64,000 bases of DNA from Klebsormidium nitens (Eukaryota > Plantae > Klebsormidiophyceae). The position numbers were made by a program, and so were the translations under genes. The DNA is taken from NCBI GenBank assembly GCA_000708835.1, contig DF237244.1:1-64000 (forward strand), in the 5' to 3' direction. Shown here piece by piece: positions 62,348-64,000 of this stretch. The notes under the pieces are model-generated. The model did not search any database. It worked only from the letters and a program-made list of their open reading frames with translations, and had not been told where the DNA came from. How positions within the stretch are numbered: position 1 is the first letter of the stretch; each line of letters opens with the position of its first letter.

Positions 62348-63515
62348 CTTGAGATAAACTTATGGTCGCCTTCTCTCAACGAGTTGCCCTCTTACTCAGT
62401 CCAAGATAGCTTTGAGCTTGCCGATAACCCTGCACCCGCTAGCCCTTCTCGCCTGTTGCTCTTTGGCCAACCTCTACAAACCGCTACAAAATTGCACGAA
62501 TGGCGATGGCGAATCTCACACTTTCACCGACAAACTTCCTGCTTCCCTCCCTGCTCAGTGCTTGCCAGTGCTTGCAAATTTTGACGATGACTTCCAAGGT
62601 ACGCACCCTTGCGGACCACGTGTTTGACAGGTGCTTTCTGATTGGTTGAAAAGTCCGTTGCTATTTCACACTGTGCGCGCTAGCGGAGCTCAATATTGAA
62701 CGCTGCATTCAGCTTCATTTGCTGGCACTGGAGCAAAAGCATCAAAGCATTCTCCTTTTATTAGTGTCTCCGCCCCGCCAAATAGGTGTAAAGCACACTC
62801 AAACACCTGAAGTCATCGGAGTCCTGAGTCTGATGTCAGTGGTTACGGGCTGTGGTTAGGATAGTGACAGTGACGCTGACAAGTGACATTGACTGACATT
62901 GACATTGACGGTGACCGGGGCTCTCACTGGGACATTAGGGTTATGTTGCAAACCTGTAACGGTTCGTGGCAATCGACTAGCGTTTTGTTAGGGTTACGTC
63001 ATTTTCCAGTGACATTAGGGTTACTCACTGACAGTGACAACCGGGCAGAGTACTTTTGGTTTAGTGTATGTAGCCACTTCCTCCGACCCGGTCCCCATCT
63101 AGACCGGGAGCCGTACCGCAAACTGTACGGTAAATCGACAACTCTGACGGAAATTTGATCAAAGGACCTGATCTGACAATTTGATCCACGCGGACACCTT
63201 GACAGCCAATAATCCCGCGTGTAAAGAGTTTTCACACTTTCTGAAGTCTGAGACACTAATAAAAGGAGAATGCTTTGTCGTACTTGCGGCACTGGATCAT
63301 GACAGCTTGATGAACGCTGCTGAGGCAAAACGTGGTCACCATCTTCCTGATCAAGGGTCGTCTGAGCTCTCGAGGCGTTTGCGACGCGTATGGTGACTGA
63401 TAAGGCGGCAGCTGCTAGCAGTTTTACTGCTAGCTGCTTTAGCCTGCGTCGGTGATCGAGATTGAGACTAAAGAAGGGGCATGAGAGAGCATCACCTGAC
63501 CGCTTCCTGCTCACC

Positions 63516-64000
63516 ATGAATAGAGCTACTGCAGTTGCCAGAAGCTGCAAATTCTCCTTCCGACTAGCTGGCTGCTTAAATTCCCTCGTGCAAGATGTTG
63601 GCCAGCATGAGAGATTGCTTCTTTCAAGACGCTTCCAAGGATCAGGGTTCCATGGCGCTTCTGTTTGCTCAGGTCCCAATCGGACCACATTCCGGTCAAA
63701 GGACTCAAGTCCAAGTCCAGCACCAGGTAATCTTTTCAGACGGGGAGTGACCGCTTGCGCTTCTACGCTCAGTACGCCTAAGAATGTGCACGCGGATCCA
63801 GTCAGCTTCTCTCAGGATGGAGCAGCCAAAGTTCCATTTGTCATCGACGCAGACGAAGCCGCTCGCCAGGTGGCAGCTTCAGGACTCTCAGAGGAGGCCT
63901 ATCTCGCACAGCTAGTCAAACCGACCCTCCCCTTGGCCCGGCCCGTGATGTCCAAGTTCCATGTAGGGGCGGTCGGGCTAGGCGTCAGCGGCCGCATCTT
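63516..64000 (+). CDS. CDA: Cytidine deaminase, plant type, 5' part only (runs off the window)
   Basis: PFVIDADEA..LVKPTLPLARPVMSKFHVGAVGLGVSGRIF; start is either ATG 63516 (unspliced) or ATG 63652 with intron 63727-63815. Confidence 0.85.
   Translation, partial: MNRATAVARSCKFSFRLAGCLNSLVQDVGQHERLLLSRRFQGSGFHGASVCSGPNRTTFRSKDSSPSPAPGNLFRRGVTACASTLSTPKNVHADPVSFSQDGAAKVPFVIDADEAARQVAASGLSEEAYLAQLVKPTLPLARPVMSKFHVGAVGLGVSGRI

Noticed and set aside
62999-63688. 229-aa minus-strand ORF
   Set aside because: Antisense to the CDA 5' region and shared promoter, no domain, probably spurious
1-64000. rRNA, tRNA, Fanzor/TnpB genes
   Set aside because: No conserved rRNA blocks, cloverleaf or RuvC/Zn-ribbon motifs recognised by eye; tRNAscan-SE, Infernal and HMM searches would be needed to exclude them

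Overview
Eukaryotic nuclear DNA with GC-rich spliceosomal exons. The gene set (plant-type SEC15, MOS4/SPF27, calcineurin-B-like EF-hand protein, type-I prohibitin, plant-type cytidine deaminase, TIR-NB-ARC-LRR) fits a streptophyte green alga such as Klebsormidium; this is an inference. The window has two halves. (1) About 1-25.9 kb is accessory. It holds TE-like debris, an intronless 567-aa putative membrane-inserting coiled-coil ORF, a Sel1+LRR gene spanning a 255-N gap, and a truncated LRR-Sel1-TM paralog. It also holds a TIR-NB-ARC-LRR-Sel1-TM NLR, followed after about 320 bp by a virus-like module: a CoiA-like nuclease converging on a >=1070-aa PrimPol/Zn-finger/D5 SF3 primase-helicase with at least 7 introns, four of which share a ~250-bp core. 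All five frameshifts in these genes are a single G missing from a G-run, so the genes are probably intact. (2) About 26-64 kb holds mostly housekeeping genes: a GPI-anchored protein, SPF27, CNB-like, SEC15, a secreted dienelactone hydrolase, an F-box-LRR, PHB and the start of CDA. SEC15 and PHB introns carry arrays of degenerate copies of the adjacent splice junction. No rRNA, tRNA or CRISPR array was recognised.
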